NCBI RefSeq assembly: GCF_037042905.1
Contig: NC_087251.1
Span: forward strand, 13,020,001-13,084,000
Origin: Lytechinus pictus
Taxonomy: Eukaryota
Length of the DNA stretch: 64,000 nucleotides
Direction: 5' to 3'
Shown here: positions 11,675 to 24,579 of the stretch, one piece after another
How the letters are laid out: each line of letters begins with the position of its first letter
Position numbering within the stretch: position 1 is the first letter of the stretch
Notes under the pieces: model-generated
What the model was told of the DNA's origin: nothing
The model's database searches: none
Seen by the model: only the letters and a program-made list of their open reading frames with translations
Position numbers and translations under genes: made by a program

Positions 11675-13118
11675 GTAAGTTACTATTTATTGACACATTA
11701 ATTCAATAATTGGATGAAGCAAAACTCTTACTTTTTTGCTTGGCTAAGAAATTTGGCTAAGTGGTATCCAATAGAATACTTGTGTTATTATACTTCCGGA
11801 CAGTCCCATTAAGTATTTTGGGGCTTTATAAACTCTTGAAATTATTTGTCTCTGTTTTCTATTTCACATCAAACGTTGTGATGCTATTGAGTTACTATAG
11901 CTTGAGCAGTTCATGAAGTGCAGTAAAACTGGAGAAAAATTTGAGTTTGACATATAATAAGGGTTTGCTTTTTTATGGAATCACCCTTCAGTAAGCCAAG
12001 TTCTAGCAAAAATTCAGACTGAGAAGCAATATGAAATTTCATGTCATCGCAAAATGCTAGGCTGTTTACATCTCAAACTAAATTGTAATCCTGTATAGCT
12101 CAAGATTACTGCAAAAGAAATTCTGTACTTGTAAATTACATGTAAGAATTCAAAATAAGTGTAGAGATGTCTCTCATGCTTGACCAAATCCATGATTTTA
12201 ATATCAATTTGACTGTATTTATCTAAGTAATATACATGTACTGATTTTTCTGACTTCAGTAGCTACATGTAATTGAATACTGTCTTTAAAATCATGAAAC
12301 TGAAAATGTTTTCAAAGACCAAAGAGCCATCGAATAGACCCAATATTGATTTCAATCGCAAAATGAGTATTTCACTTTAATTTGAGAAAATGATGGGCTG
12401 TGTTTTATGTTATTTAGTACTCAATACTTGAATTAATTAAACTATGTATTTTGCTTTGAATTCCAGACACCTTCCATTGAGTCTCAAGCATGATATTTCA
12501 GACAGTTTATGCATACACAGTAACAAAATTATTCCCTCACTGACTTCTTCTGCTCATCAGATTCAAGCAAAAATATGAAATATATAATGTTATTATCTTG
12601 GGTGAAATTATATGCCGATTAACAAGAATATGTTCTTTGCCTTTATCAAAAAGTTTTGGCTCATTTGATTGGTAACATAGTCTTTGTGTGTGGATGTCTG
12701 ACCTTTCTTGTAGAGTTCTCTTCTTTGTGTCTTTACCATTGAGTAGTTTCTTTCATTTTATTTCCCAGGTAAAGTGATAAACAATTTACAACTTAGAAAA
12801 CATAACATAATTGACACAAATGTGAACGGTATGTAATATATGTGTGCCAGCTAATGTATGGGAGTCATGTGAGAATTAACTGTCAAAAAAGCTCTCTCTA
12901 TTGGCTGGAGCACACATGAGTGAAAAATATATAGGACGGATAGGACATAACTTGAGAAGAAATAACTATTCAAATTAAATTTGGTATACATGTATGTGAT
13001 ATGAAATATGAATTTTGCAGCCAGCTCTTGCTTCATATGGTAATATATTCATTTTGTATATGTTATATCATTACTATTTAAATCTTTTGTTTCATATTAT
13101 TTGCCATTTTTCTTTTAG

Positions 13119-13230
13119 AATGTGAAGAGTATGAGGAAGCCAAAGCAAAGAGAGAAAAGCGGAAAGAAAATAAGAAAAAGTTGGCTGAAAAGACAAAGAA
13201 AGGGAACTCAATAACTGCCAAAAAACCTGA
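13119..13230 (+). CDS. TADA2B: TADA2B exon: (E)CEEYEEAKAKREKRKENKKKLAEKTKKGNSITAKKP(D)
   Basis: ttttag| and |gtaag; 112 nt, phase 1 to 2; EYE.A..KREKRKENK motif. Confidence 0.93.
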
Positions 13231-13454
13231 GTAAGTACATATTAAATTCTTTCACAAGTGATAAATTCTACATATTATGTGTAACGAAGCAAGTTTATAC
13301 ATGCTAATACACTGAACTGGTGAGATTTTCTCATATATGTTTGAATACAGGGTACTGAATTGAAAATCAAAGAAAAAGATTCAGTAGTTGGAATGAGTTG
13401 GTGCTTCAAAATTTTAATGTGATTATCAGCTGAAATAAAAGTGATTTCATAAGC

Positions 13455-13520
13455 TGAGGTGAGTGAGTTGAGTTGACTTGACTTGAGTTGATTGAGTTGA
13501 ATTGAGTTTCGTATTAGTTG
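13455..13520 (+). repeat. Degenerate (GAGTT)n microsatellite
   Basis: gagttgagttgacttgacttgagttg... Confidence 0.8.
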
Positions 13521-16002
13521 AGTTAGTTAAGTTGAGTAAAGAAGTGTGGTATGTGAGCTGATGCTGAATTATAGATTTAAAATGTACAAGTTATTACTTG
13601 AGCTAAGTTGGTTTTAAGAATGGCTTTAATATCATACTTAAAATACAAGTGATTATTTTAGAAAAGTTAATTTTAAAAATGCTGAAATATCAGTGAAATA
13701 AACTTTTCAGAGTCCAGAGCTCTATCACTTTAGATATACACATGTAATATATTTTTGAAAAGCCCTATCTACTGTATATCTAGAATGATGATGCATTGAA
13801 TGAGGAAAGCTAGCTATCCTCTTTTTGGAAAAAAAACAAACTATTTGATAATATAATTATGAAACATGCATTGAACTGATTTCCGGGACTACTCTGAATA
13901 GAGGATGGATATACTACATTTCCACATATTTGATGATATACCATACTATCTCTATGGTTACATTAACTTCAATTAATGAATGCACTTTTCAGAAAATTGG
14001 TGTTGATCATCCTTATTTACGTCTTGTTGCAAGAAACCCCTTTTTCCACAGGAAAATAATCAAAGTCTAATTTTGCTATTATTATGAAATTATGGGGAAC
14101 CTTTACATCAGACTTAATTTCACCTTGACCTGTAATTAGATACAGTAATTTTTTAAGATTCTTCTGAATCTGTACTTTGAAAGTTAAGGGAAGTTTTTTT
14201 TAAATTAAATCCCTAACATTTTTTACATCAAGATAAAGAAGAGCAATTACTGGAAAACATGAGAGAACATTGGTTGGTCACAGGTAGATTTTATGTGAGT
14301 TTTATTAGTGGCTCAAGAATACCCATGATCACTAGTGCTACAACCAAGATTTTAGGATAGTCTAGGTTGCTGTTCCTCAACACAGTTAAAGTGTTACAGT
14401 TAAAGTGTTGAAAAAAAATCTTTTTAGGATATGAAAGATATTACAATTCATGAACTACCAAATGGTAAAGATTTGAATGTATCCAATATAATAATTTTTT
14501 TTTCATTGCATTTATATGGCATTCATGACTATAGGTGGAGAAAAAATTACTTGTCTGTTGCCCTGTATACCTTCTTCATATAAAAAGTGTATAGCGCCAT
14601 CTTTTGATAGTGTAGAAAATAGTTGTGATTTCTCTGTGTGATTTGTTGACTGTTCAATTGGCAGGGTACTGAATTGATTGTAATGAAAGGAAATTGAATT
14701 GAGAATAGGTGGGCTCTAGAATTGAAATGATTCTGTAATTTGAACAAATTCAAAAGTGTTTTTGGTAGATCTTATCAGTATGTGTGTTAAGTGTTAAAAT
14801 GGATTCCATTGATATAACTCTTCATGAACATGATGACTGTTTTTTATTTTTTTTTTATTGAATCAAGGCTGAAATGATTTAGTCATCTTTCAAGAAAATA
14901 AAATCAATGCTCCCTATTCCTAAAGCCTCGTGGGAGAAAATTAAGGAAACAAAATAAAAGAAAGATGGAGGTGGCAAGGGGAAAATGTAGCAGCTGTAAA
15001 TAGGTTATTTTTTGAGCGAACACCCTTTGGAGTGATAATAGGTGTAACACTTCATTGAATGTACTTGAATGCAATGTTATGAGCGTAGACTGACGCACAG
15101 CAGAGATGCTATTGTGACTTTACAAAAGCGGCAGCTGTCAAATGAGGCTGAGAGATGTAAGTTGACCCCCCTCTCCCCCATTCATGCCCTCGAGGGCTAG
15201 TGAAAATTGCCATTGTACTGACGGGGTAGGGGCGGCGGCTTGCCATGTGTTTGTGCATTTGATCGAGATGTAATGTTCAGCTGAAAATGTGCGCTGCATA
15301 ATTGACCGCATTTTGATGGGAAAGTGATTTTTACCCTCTCTCTCTCTTTTAAATAATGCTCAGTTTTTGTCACATAGTGTATGCTAGGGCGATCATGTGA
15401 TTTTAATGTGAGTACAGTAGTTCACTACTTCTATGCATGCAAGTCTTTTTTCAAGAATCTTTTAAAGAGTTGATATCTTAAAAGTGTCAGCTATGTACTA
15501 CTAAATTTCATCATTAACTTTTTACATATCTATTTTTACCTTATTGCAATGCCAATAATAACATAAGGAATGGATTATGAAATCCTACATTTACCTGTGG
15601 CTCTACATGTACAGTAAGTGTGAAGATTAGTTTTAATTATTGAAGTGATGTGAAATTTTGAATCTAATGATATATTGAATAAGGAACGGCAAAGAACCAA
15701 AATGATGAGAAAAGGATTTATAATGTTCAATATCTAATTAGCACCTTGCTTGTTGATGGAAATGAATTTAAACAGCTTTTGGCAATTCCTGATTAGAAGG
15801 ATTAAGCAGATAATATCTTCATAATCAAATAATTTAAGCTTGTCAAAATCAATAAGTGTTGAGCGAAAAGGGCCTAGGTTTTGATTCACTTATGATATCC
15901 ATTTTCAGTTTTCCCCATGTATGTTTTACAAGTGATAATTCTTCAATATTGCAGAATGTGAAACAGATTCATGTATTTTTGAAATTCATAAAGAGTTGTT
16001 TA

Positions 16003-16153
16003 TAGCTCGGTCACATTTGTTCTACGGCGAGTCGAAAACAGCTGTTTTATTAATTCTCATTCAAACCATCAATACAGTAAGTAGCTGGTAAAAATGTTAA
16101 AACGGCTGTTTTTGACTCCGTACGGCCGCCGTAGAGCAAATGTGACCGAGGTA
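16003..16153. mobile_element. PIF/Harbinger-like MITE, copy 1 (TTA TSD)
   Basis: tta|tagctcggtcacatttg ... caaatgtgaccgaggta|tta. Sister copy at 32758. Confidence 0.8.
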
Positions 16154-17908
16154 TTAGCTTTCACTTTGGAATACTGCAATGTTTTTTCTAGCAATCAAAC
16201 CTCTCCCTATTTAAAAAAAAGTCATAGAAATTGAAATAGAAATTAAGATAAAATAATAATGAAATGAAAATAAAGTATCTATTAATTTTATATTATTGAA
16301 GAATCCATCTTCTTGGTCTTTATATATATTTTTTTTAAATAGCCCACCCCTGGCCTGGAATATTTTCAATACCTTAAGTGTGATACAAGTATGACAACTG
16401 TGAAAAATGTAGGTCTATTTTCTATGTCACTTAAATTAGAGGGATAGATTGATAAATTCCTGTATATGTATGACAGGTTTAAATACCAGCATACCTTTAC
16501 CTTTCATTTTCATGCCAACCAAAGTTGAATTTATTTTTAAAATTGACAAATCATGCAATTTTTTTGGCACTGCTTATTACAAGGTCACATCTCTGTAATT
16601 TGAAAAAAATGTTTAATGACTTCTTTGATAATGACAGGAAAGTAGAAAAAAAAGCACATTTAAAGTTAACAAGTCATTTCTTATAATTGAAACCATAATG
16701 AATGATATATAAAACTATCATTCTCATTTGTGACTGGACAATGTGGTAAAAAGTTGCTTTGTCCTTAAAAAAAAAATCATTCCATTCAGCTTAAAGTCAA
16801 TATTTACCCCCTGATAAATCACTGTTTTGTATTTTATCTAAGTGCTTTTCAAATGTACTGATAAGATTTAATCTTTAATCAGCAATTAAAATCATCAATG
16901 TTATTTAAGTCTTGACCTCTTGAACTTCTTTTCTGCAATAGAACAAAATATATTTTTATGTGTTAAATTTTCTTGATATAGATTTACAACAAAGTGTGGA
17001 AGGATATGGAAGAGTGATCTTGACATAGCGATGCAATGAATCGTGTAAATTTTTTAAATGGTATCGGCTCCAGATCTTTATAGATGGTTAAACAAATATT
17101 CATTGAACCCAGTTATTGAGGTGTTAAACAGATATTAAAATATTCGCCATGGTTTTTTGTTAGCTTTTTCTTTTTAGAACTTGCCCAGTCTGACTAGTCT
17201 AAGGTCTAATGAGCCAGTGATTCCATGTAAATATATAAACTGTCAGTTAGGGCAGCATATTTCTGTTGTTATCAGCTCAGACTTGTATTTGAAGACCTTT
17301 CTTACAAAAGGCACTACCTCTTTTTAGTACTTTGGAGAAAAATACATCTTGTTTACCTATATTTGTACCTAGGCAGCTATGGAAACATGATATTACAAAT
17401 TATGTTTTGTTATAGATGCAATGCAAATTGAGGATAAAACTTGTGTTTGAAGATCAACCAGATAGGTATAGAAGCCTGTTATTAATAACAAGATTTTCAT
17501 CAAAAGTGGATTTAATACCCTTTGTACCAAGCATTTTATATAGTGGGAGGTACATGTAGTTTCTTATATCATTTCATAACTCAGTATCAATGGTGGTTCT
17601 TCTAATAGTGAACAATAATTTATACCTTAATAGTAGCACAGAGCCTGTACACATTTTAACTTGTTTTCATATCAGTGGACCATTTTTGTGTGTGATATGG
17701 TCAAAGTAGACCTTAAATATCCTCAGAGGTGCAAATCTACATACAGTATTTGACAGTGTAATTACTTTTTGTGGGAATTGAACCTGAACCTTGTTTCAGA
17801 TATTGATCCATATTTTTTTTAATGCAAATTTTGTCACTTAAAATTATTAATTTCAAAGATTTAAAAGAAATCTTTGCTAACTTCATGAATATGTTTGTAG
17901 ATAAATGG

Positions 17909-18907
17909 TTTTTGTCTCACCTGCATAGCAGAGTGAGACTATAGGCGCCGCTTTTCCGACGGCGGCGGCGACGGCGGCGGCGGCGGCGACGGCGACGGCG
18001 GCGGCGACGGCGGCGGCGGCGTCAACACCAAATCTTAACCTGAGGTTAAGTTTTTGAAATGACAGCATAACTTAGAAAGTATATGGACCTAGTTCATGAA
18101 ACTTGGCCATAAGGTTAATCAAGTATTACTGAACATCCTGCCTGAGTTTCATGTCACATGACCAAGGTCAAAGGTCATTTAGGGTCAATGAACTTAGACC
18201 ATGTTGGGGGAATCAACATCAAAATCTTAACCTAAGGTTAAGTTTTTGAAATGTCATCATAACTTAGAAAATATATGGACCTAGTTCATGAAACTTATAC
18301 ATAAGGTTAATCAAGTATCACTTAACATCCTGCATGAGTTTCACGTCACATGACCAAGGTCAAAGGTCATTTAGGGTCAATGAACTTTGGCCGAATTGGG
18401 GGTATCTGTTGAATTACCATCATAACTTTGAAAGTTTATGGATCTGATTCATGAAACTTGGACATAATAGTAATCAAGTATTACTGAACATCCTGTGCAA
18501 GTTTCAGGTCACATGATCAAGGTCAAAGGTCATTTAGGGTCAATGAACTTTGGCCAAATTGGGGTATTTGTTGAATTACAGCCATAAATTTGAAAGTGTG
18601 TTGGTCTAGTTCATAAAACTTGGACATAATAGTAATCAAGTATCACTGAACATCCTGTGCGAGTTTCAGGTCACATGATCAAGGTCAAAGGTCATGTAAG
18701 GTCAAAGAACTTTGGCCACGTTGGGGGTATTTGTTGAATTGCCATCATATCTCTATAAGTGTATTGGTCTAGTTCATAAAACGTGGAAATAAGAGTAACC
18801 AAGTATCACTGAACATCTTGTGCGAGTTATAGTAGTTTTCAAAATCAGCACTGCTGCTATATTGAATCGCGTGATGCAGGTGAGACGGCCAGAGGCATTC
18901 CACTTGT
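17909..18907 (+). mobile_element. Non-autonomous Helentron-type element (HINE/pearl/Tsp-like) with a tandem array
   Basis: T-rich insertion site; subterminal IRs gtctcacctgcat (17914) and atgcaggtgagac (18874); short 5' IR gtgagac; (GGC/GAC)n microsatellite 17958-18020; about 5 tandem units with periods 192, 163 and 162 bp. Confidence 0.8.
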
Positions 18908-19134
18908 TTAGCTTTATTTAGTGATTTTATTGTTATTTCTTAAAAAAAAAAAAATTTTGTGTTTAAGGTTGGAGGTAGGGTGGGGTTGATAAGTGTAATC
19001 TGTAACTTTGACTGTAAAATGAATTACAGTAGCTAAGCTAATACCTTGGTAAGTTTTTTAAATGTAGTTCTACTGGGATAGTATTATTAAGCATGTGTCA
19101 ACTACTACTGTCCTATTTAATATTTTAGTACCTG

Positions 19135-19304
19135 GTGGGTGTTTCATAAAGCTGTGCGCAAGTTAAGAGCGACTTTAAGAACGACTGGTGATCCTTTCTT
19201 GTGGTAAATGGTATATTCATTGGCGACGGTTTAGCGCGTAAGAAAGGATCACCAGTCGTTCTTAAATTCGCTCTTAACTTACGAACAGCTTTATGAAACG
19301 GCCC
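19135..19304. mobile_element. Palindromic MITE (about 170 bp)
   Basis: gtttcataaagctgt..taagttaagagcga.tttaagaacgactggtgatcctttctt and its reverse complement. A decayed relative follows at 19307-19445. Confidence 0.8.
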
Positions 19305-20306
19305 CCGGGGCCCATTTCATTATAAAGGATCTTCACCAGTTCCATAGAAAAATTCATTTTTAATTGGTTACTGAGCCCTGTTACTATGTAGTTGCCGTAA
19401 TGGAGAAGTTATCACAGTTGTTACTCTTCATTAAACTGGCCCCAGGTCTGCTTCAAATATCTGTGGTTATGAGTTATGACCCTCTTTATTGCTCTCCATA
19501 ATATACAACTGTATGTGTAGATATTAACTTAATCCTTTGTTCATACATGTATATATATTTTCTTTTATTGAATTACAAGATTTCTCTTTTTTTCAATTCT
19601 ATTGGTTGGTAATTGTACTATGAACACATGTACTCTGTGGGCGGTAGATCTACTCTGCTGTTATTGACAAGTCACAAAACTGAGTGGACAATATATTGTG
19701 GGAGAATAATCATCAGTTCAACATTCCTACTCAATGAAAATACCTTACACTTATTGTTGAAAGTGAACTGTTTGATCGCTGTCAATAAATTGTTATTACA
19801 GTGAAATTGGTTGATTCAGTCATCAGCTAACTAGCCCAGACAGCTCTCCCTTCTTAAAACACCTGTTCAAATATTAGCAGTAAATAAGAATCAAATAGAG
19901 TTGGGTGGGGGGAGGGGGACTAGACCAAGGAATGATTGATTATAAATTTGGGTGTTTTCAAACAACTTTTTTTTACTTAGAATCACAATTATGAATCAAA
20001 TTAGAATACCAACATAAAAGCATGGTTTCTGCACGAGGTGTTTAAGGTATTTTACATGAGAGATGATTTCCACCTAATTTTATCATAATAGGGTCTGTAG
20101 ATCACTTGTCAAGAGGCTTAAATCATCCTTGTTATCTGGCAAGTTGAAGCAGCCCAATATTTTTGTTAAATATCAAACTTGACTGCAAACTCCCACAATT
20201 CCACATCTATGAATCGGTGTATTGATGGCACTGCAATATGCAGAATCAATAAATTATTTACTTGTAGATAGCTAACTATTAAAACTAAATTTTTTTGGAA
20301 AGTACT

Positions 20307-20414
20307 AAAGGGGTTTTACAAGTGGTTGCACATGTACATCTTTGACTGTTGCGTTTGTGCACATAAAGCAAATGGTCGCAAACAGTCACACGGCCAATTG
20401 TGAAATCCCCTTTA
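20307..20414. mobile_element. Small degenerate MITE
   Basis: taaaggggttttacaa ... ttgtgaaatccccttta terminal IR. Confidence 0.45.
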
Positions 20415-21554
20415 AACTTTGAGTGTCTAAATTTCCATTGGTCCATCTGGCACTGTGCAGTTCAACCTGTTTCCTCATATAGTCAGATTTGCACCCTTTG
20501 ACATTCTTTGCTAAGATATTTCTACCTGGCAAATATGAAAATATTTATACAGATTAGGTTTAATCCATTCCTGGCATATGTTTTTCCAGTGGATTGGCAA
20601 AAAAAAAAAAAAAAGATGGGAGAAAATGCGAACAAAATATTGCAGCCAGGGTATGAAGAACAGAATGAGGGAGAGAAGTGGAGAAAAGGAAAGAAATGGA
20701 GAGAGGTCACTGTGGACTCCACCAAATAATGAATGTATTATAATGATGTACATGTACATCACTAGAAAACACTTGTTGCCATTATTTGAAATTCATAATT
20801 AATTTTTTCTTCCATTAATAGCCCCCATTGATGAAAAGAAAATCATGCAAATTGCTAAATGCTACAGACACTTGTCTGAAAGCCCCTACATGTACGTCCA
20901 TTATGATGGAAATGTTTGGGTTCTAAAGTTAAATCTATCCTCCGGGTGGTTCACTTTTGTGAGGTACATGTAGTATTGCAGTGTTCTTTTTTTTTGTTCT
21001 GCTAAAATCAGAAGCATTTTTCATGATATCTTTTAAATTTTACCTGCCAGATATAGTAACTTCACTTAAGGCTGACTACTAAAATTTCATCAGTTTTAGT
21101 ACAATTTTTAAAGTATATGTATGCAACCTGAATATGTTGAATTCTACTTGTGTGGCAAAAGAATGTTATGGAATTGATTGAATGAAGTAAAAATGATGGA
21201 ATTGTAGCGTATAGTACCCAGGATAAGATTGAACAATTTCCTTGCCAAAACCAAGCCTTAACCTAGGAGCTATTTGGGTTATATTTTCCACATTGGCCTT
21301 GATATTTTCATAGACTGAAGTGTACATGTATGATTTCTGCCAAACCAGCTTGTTAGCAAGATATTGACTTTAAAAGAAAAGTATCAGGTGTGTGTTGATT
21401 TGCAAGAGCTCTGCAAAAAAAGAGCTTAAAGGGCTTTATAAAGGTAAGTAGTGAATATTTTTCTATGGTTTTTATTGAATAAACAGATTGAAAAAAAAAT
21501 GAGAAAAGGGGTTGGAATTTGCCAGAGATGAAGAAATTTGTTTTACTTTGGTTG

Positions 21555-21860
21555 AAAAGAGAGATCTTCTTAGAAGTATTTGATAGAATGCAAGTTCAAC
21601 CTATATACATGTTGTACATGATATGAGGGAGGGTAATGTTGAAAGAAATGGTGGCATAGTGAGGATTCTTGTGTTTTTTTTTCTCAAAAAATTGGCGAGA
21701 GGAGGGTAGAGTGAAGAGACGGCCAAGAGGAGGTGTTTGTTGCTAGAGATGGAGACTTTTTAGAAAGAACTTGATGGAATGCAAGTTCAAGCTACACACA
21801 TGACGGTGGGATATGTTGATTGAAACAGAGGCAGAGTAGGGATTTTTGTGTTTTTATTAA
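21555..21860 (+). repeat. Old tandem duplication (about 190 bp x2)
   Basis: ttgat.gaatgcaagttcaa.cta.a.acatg ... gatt.ttgtgttttt appears twice. Confidence 0.6.
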
Positions 21861-22924
21861 ACAAACGGGTCAAATTGAGAAGTATAGCTAGAGGAGGATA
21901 AAGTGAATAGATAGCCCAGAAGGGTGGGAAGTTGTTTTAATGAGGGACAGGAACCAAGCAATCATGACCGGTCTCTGTCAGCACAAGAAAAGAGCCCTCG
22001 CTTGTTTAAACGCTCTATTTAAGATCAGACTTCCTCCTCGACTAATCGCAAGCAACACTGGTCCTGCCCTATCATCTTGCATTCTGATCGGAGGGAGGGT
22101 AAAGGCTAACGCCAAGTGTCCCAAGTCAGAACCAATTGGAAGGAGTGCATCAGTTTATCTTCTTTATGCATCACTTTTTTATTGAGGTTTATAGCGAAAA
22201 GGATTTCTTCTTTGTAATGCTTCAAAAATACAATATAATCCTGTATGTAACTTATTTTTTCTCTCTTTCTGTCTTGTAATTGAAAATCTCATGCTGGCTT
22301 GAATTTCCATGTAGATAGATTTGTTGGAAAAAAAAAGCAATCTAGGTTTATATACATGTACATGTATTAGTGAGCTTAATTATAGCTGTCTTTGAAAATA
22401 TGCTAAGTCATGAATATTTATAACCCACTTTCTTTAATAGACTTTGTGGTTTAATTTGCCATAGTTGTACATGTATTTGAGTTTTATTTGAAATCTTCCT
22501 CTAAGTTGTGTCTATAGTTTTGTGTCCTAGGTTTTGATGATTTTTCTTCTGAAGTGCAAGAAGTGTCCACATATCCATCACTTAGCTGAGTCCCCCTTTC
22601 CTCTCTGATTGTTTTTATGTCGGATTGGTTTCATTTCTTGACCATTCGTAAAGTGATCACTTTACCTTACAATCCATTTCAAATATTGCATTATGGCCAT
22701 TTTTATGCAATCATATTCACTCAGGCAGGGTTGACCCTTTTAACCAAAATCTTACAAAATTAACTTCTCATAAGGTTTGAAATGGTCATTTGTTTCTCTC
22801 TTGAACAGTTGTTTTTCGATAAATATTTTGTGTTTTGTTATACAGTAGTTCCTTGATAATGCAGTTTCATTGTTAATGTTCATTGACAGCAGATTCCCAA
22901 TAATGAAGAAAGAAGAGTATCAAA

Positions 22925-23110
22925 CAGAGAATATTGGAGGACATTATTATAGGAAGACAAGGTGGAAATGGGCACCAACCACATCTCATCTTACAATAAA
23001 CTGCTTTATGAAGCAATATATACAATTTTTAAAAAGGATTCAAATTTTAAAAGAGATCTTTGGATTCTTCATAGAAGAAAAATTGTGGAAAGAAAATAAA
23101 CGAGTTGTAT
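22925..23110 (+). mobile_element. Possible degenerate L1/Tx1-like ORF2 C-terminal remnant
   Basis: Frameshifted pieces LEDIIIG..HLIL / MKQYI / FFIEEKLWKENKR resemble Tx1-type ORF2 ends; AT-rich tail follows. Confidence 0.3.
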
Positions 23111-23284
23111 TGAGGATTTATGTAAATCAAAACGATCTTTTTCGTATGTTTCAATGTATTTTCCTTCTTTTGCCATAATATAATGCCTAATTTTTATTTG
23201 TTATGTATCTATACCTTATTTGACTTACGTTTATTTTTAATTTGCTATTGACTGATTGTTTTAAAAGTTTATGCAACAACTATA

Positions 23285-23769
23285 GGTGGTTTCAAACCAC
23301 CTCGATCACAAGAATCCCCGTTAAATTACGAGAACTTTTTTAGGCTGAAAAATACCCATTAATTATTTCTGCATTCACACCACCCTGAAACATACCCTTC
23401 GGGATAAGTTCCTGAAGTAGTTCCTGAAGTTACGAACATGCGCAGTATGGTCTGATAAGCAAGCAAGGCGCGAGATTCAAATTCACTAGCCCAGCAGCCA
23501 CCCACGGCGCCGCACCCAACGACACGCTGGGCTAAAAGTTCCCGTAATTTGCTTTCACATCGCCAAAATACCTGCGACCTTGGAAAAATCCCCGCGAAAG
23601 TTCTCGTAATTTCGCCAAGTACCTACTATTTAGCGGGTATTTTCTTTCGGGGAAATTACGCGTAGTTTGCTTTCACATTACCAAAATACCTGGTATTTTC
23701 TGATCGGGGTAAATTTCCCGATCAGAGAATACCTGGAACTGACGAACTTCGAGGCGGTCTGAAACCACC
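23285..23769. mobile_element. MITE (about 485 bp), TA-flanked
   Basis: TIR ggtggtttca(a/g)acc(a/g)cctcga at both ends; repeated internal ttcacat..ccaaaatacc motif. Confidence 0.8.
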
Positions 23770-24142
23770 TAATGAAGACATTAACTTTATTCCTATGAAC
23801 TCCTCCACAGCAAAGACAAACAGTGTTCGTCATGCATTGTTATCATCAGCACTGAACAAACAAGGCTTAACTGTCAGTTATTATTCTATTTGTTCCTCTG
23901 AATAGGTCGGGTGTGAATATGATACGCTCATTTCCTTGACAACAGCAGACAAAATTAGCGCCTCTACAAGCTGAGTGAAAGATGAAATAACAATTTTTCC
24001 TTGTGATGTAACATTGTGTTGTTATTGTACCGAAGGGGGACGAAAATTATGAGTCTACGAGAAATCCCAACTTGTCAACGCCACTAATTGCATCCCTGTC
24101 ACGTCATATTGTCATGGACTGGTTCTGAAGAACCATGCTTAA

Positions 24143-24579
24143 AGATAAATTCTGGTTGTGGTATTGGTAAGGATCACAAAAGAAATTATGAAAGAATGCC
24201 ACCAAGAATTACCTCCATTTTTTATTTGTACAGTATATAAAAGATACCATGTACATGTACATGTACATATACCAAATTATTAAGAAAAATGTTAATCAGA
24301 AGGCCTAATTGGCAAAACGAGCAAGGCATTCCATTGTACGAAGGGTCTTCTTCAAAGTTTTGTTTTGATATAACATTTCACATTCTCATTGTGTGCCTCT
24401 CTGTGTTGGCAGTTTTCAGCTTTTTATCTGTGTTACTCTTTTCCCAGCCACTTATCATTATTTGATATTCTAAAATTACTTTATAATTTATTTTGATGGC
24501 ATAACAATTCACCTTGGTTCAAAAAGGCTTTCTATTGAATTGCTGTTTGCTCGTTGACTACATGTATTTGAGTTTGTCT
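24143..24579. mobile_element. TTAA-flanked MITE, older copy of the 3739 family
   Basis: ttaa|agataaattc ... gtttgtct|ttaa; colinear similarity to 3739-4129. Confidence 0.55.

Noticed and set aside
17883-18068. Poly-Ala ORF resembling a transcription-factor segment
   Set aside because: It is the (GGC/GAC)n microsatellite of the HINE-like element.
18030-18830. CRISPR-like array
   Set aside because: Units are contiguous 160-190 bp tandem repeats without unique spacers, in a eukaryotic intron. The same applies to 33840-35590.
22870-23178. 102-aa ORF that would be in frame as an alternative TADA2B terminal exon via the cagcag acceptor
   Set aside because: Weak pyrimidine tract, no Ada2-like content, and better explained as a decayed L1/Tx1-like remnant. 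Cannot be fully excluded without RNA data.
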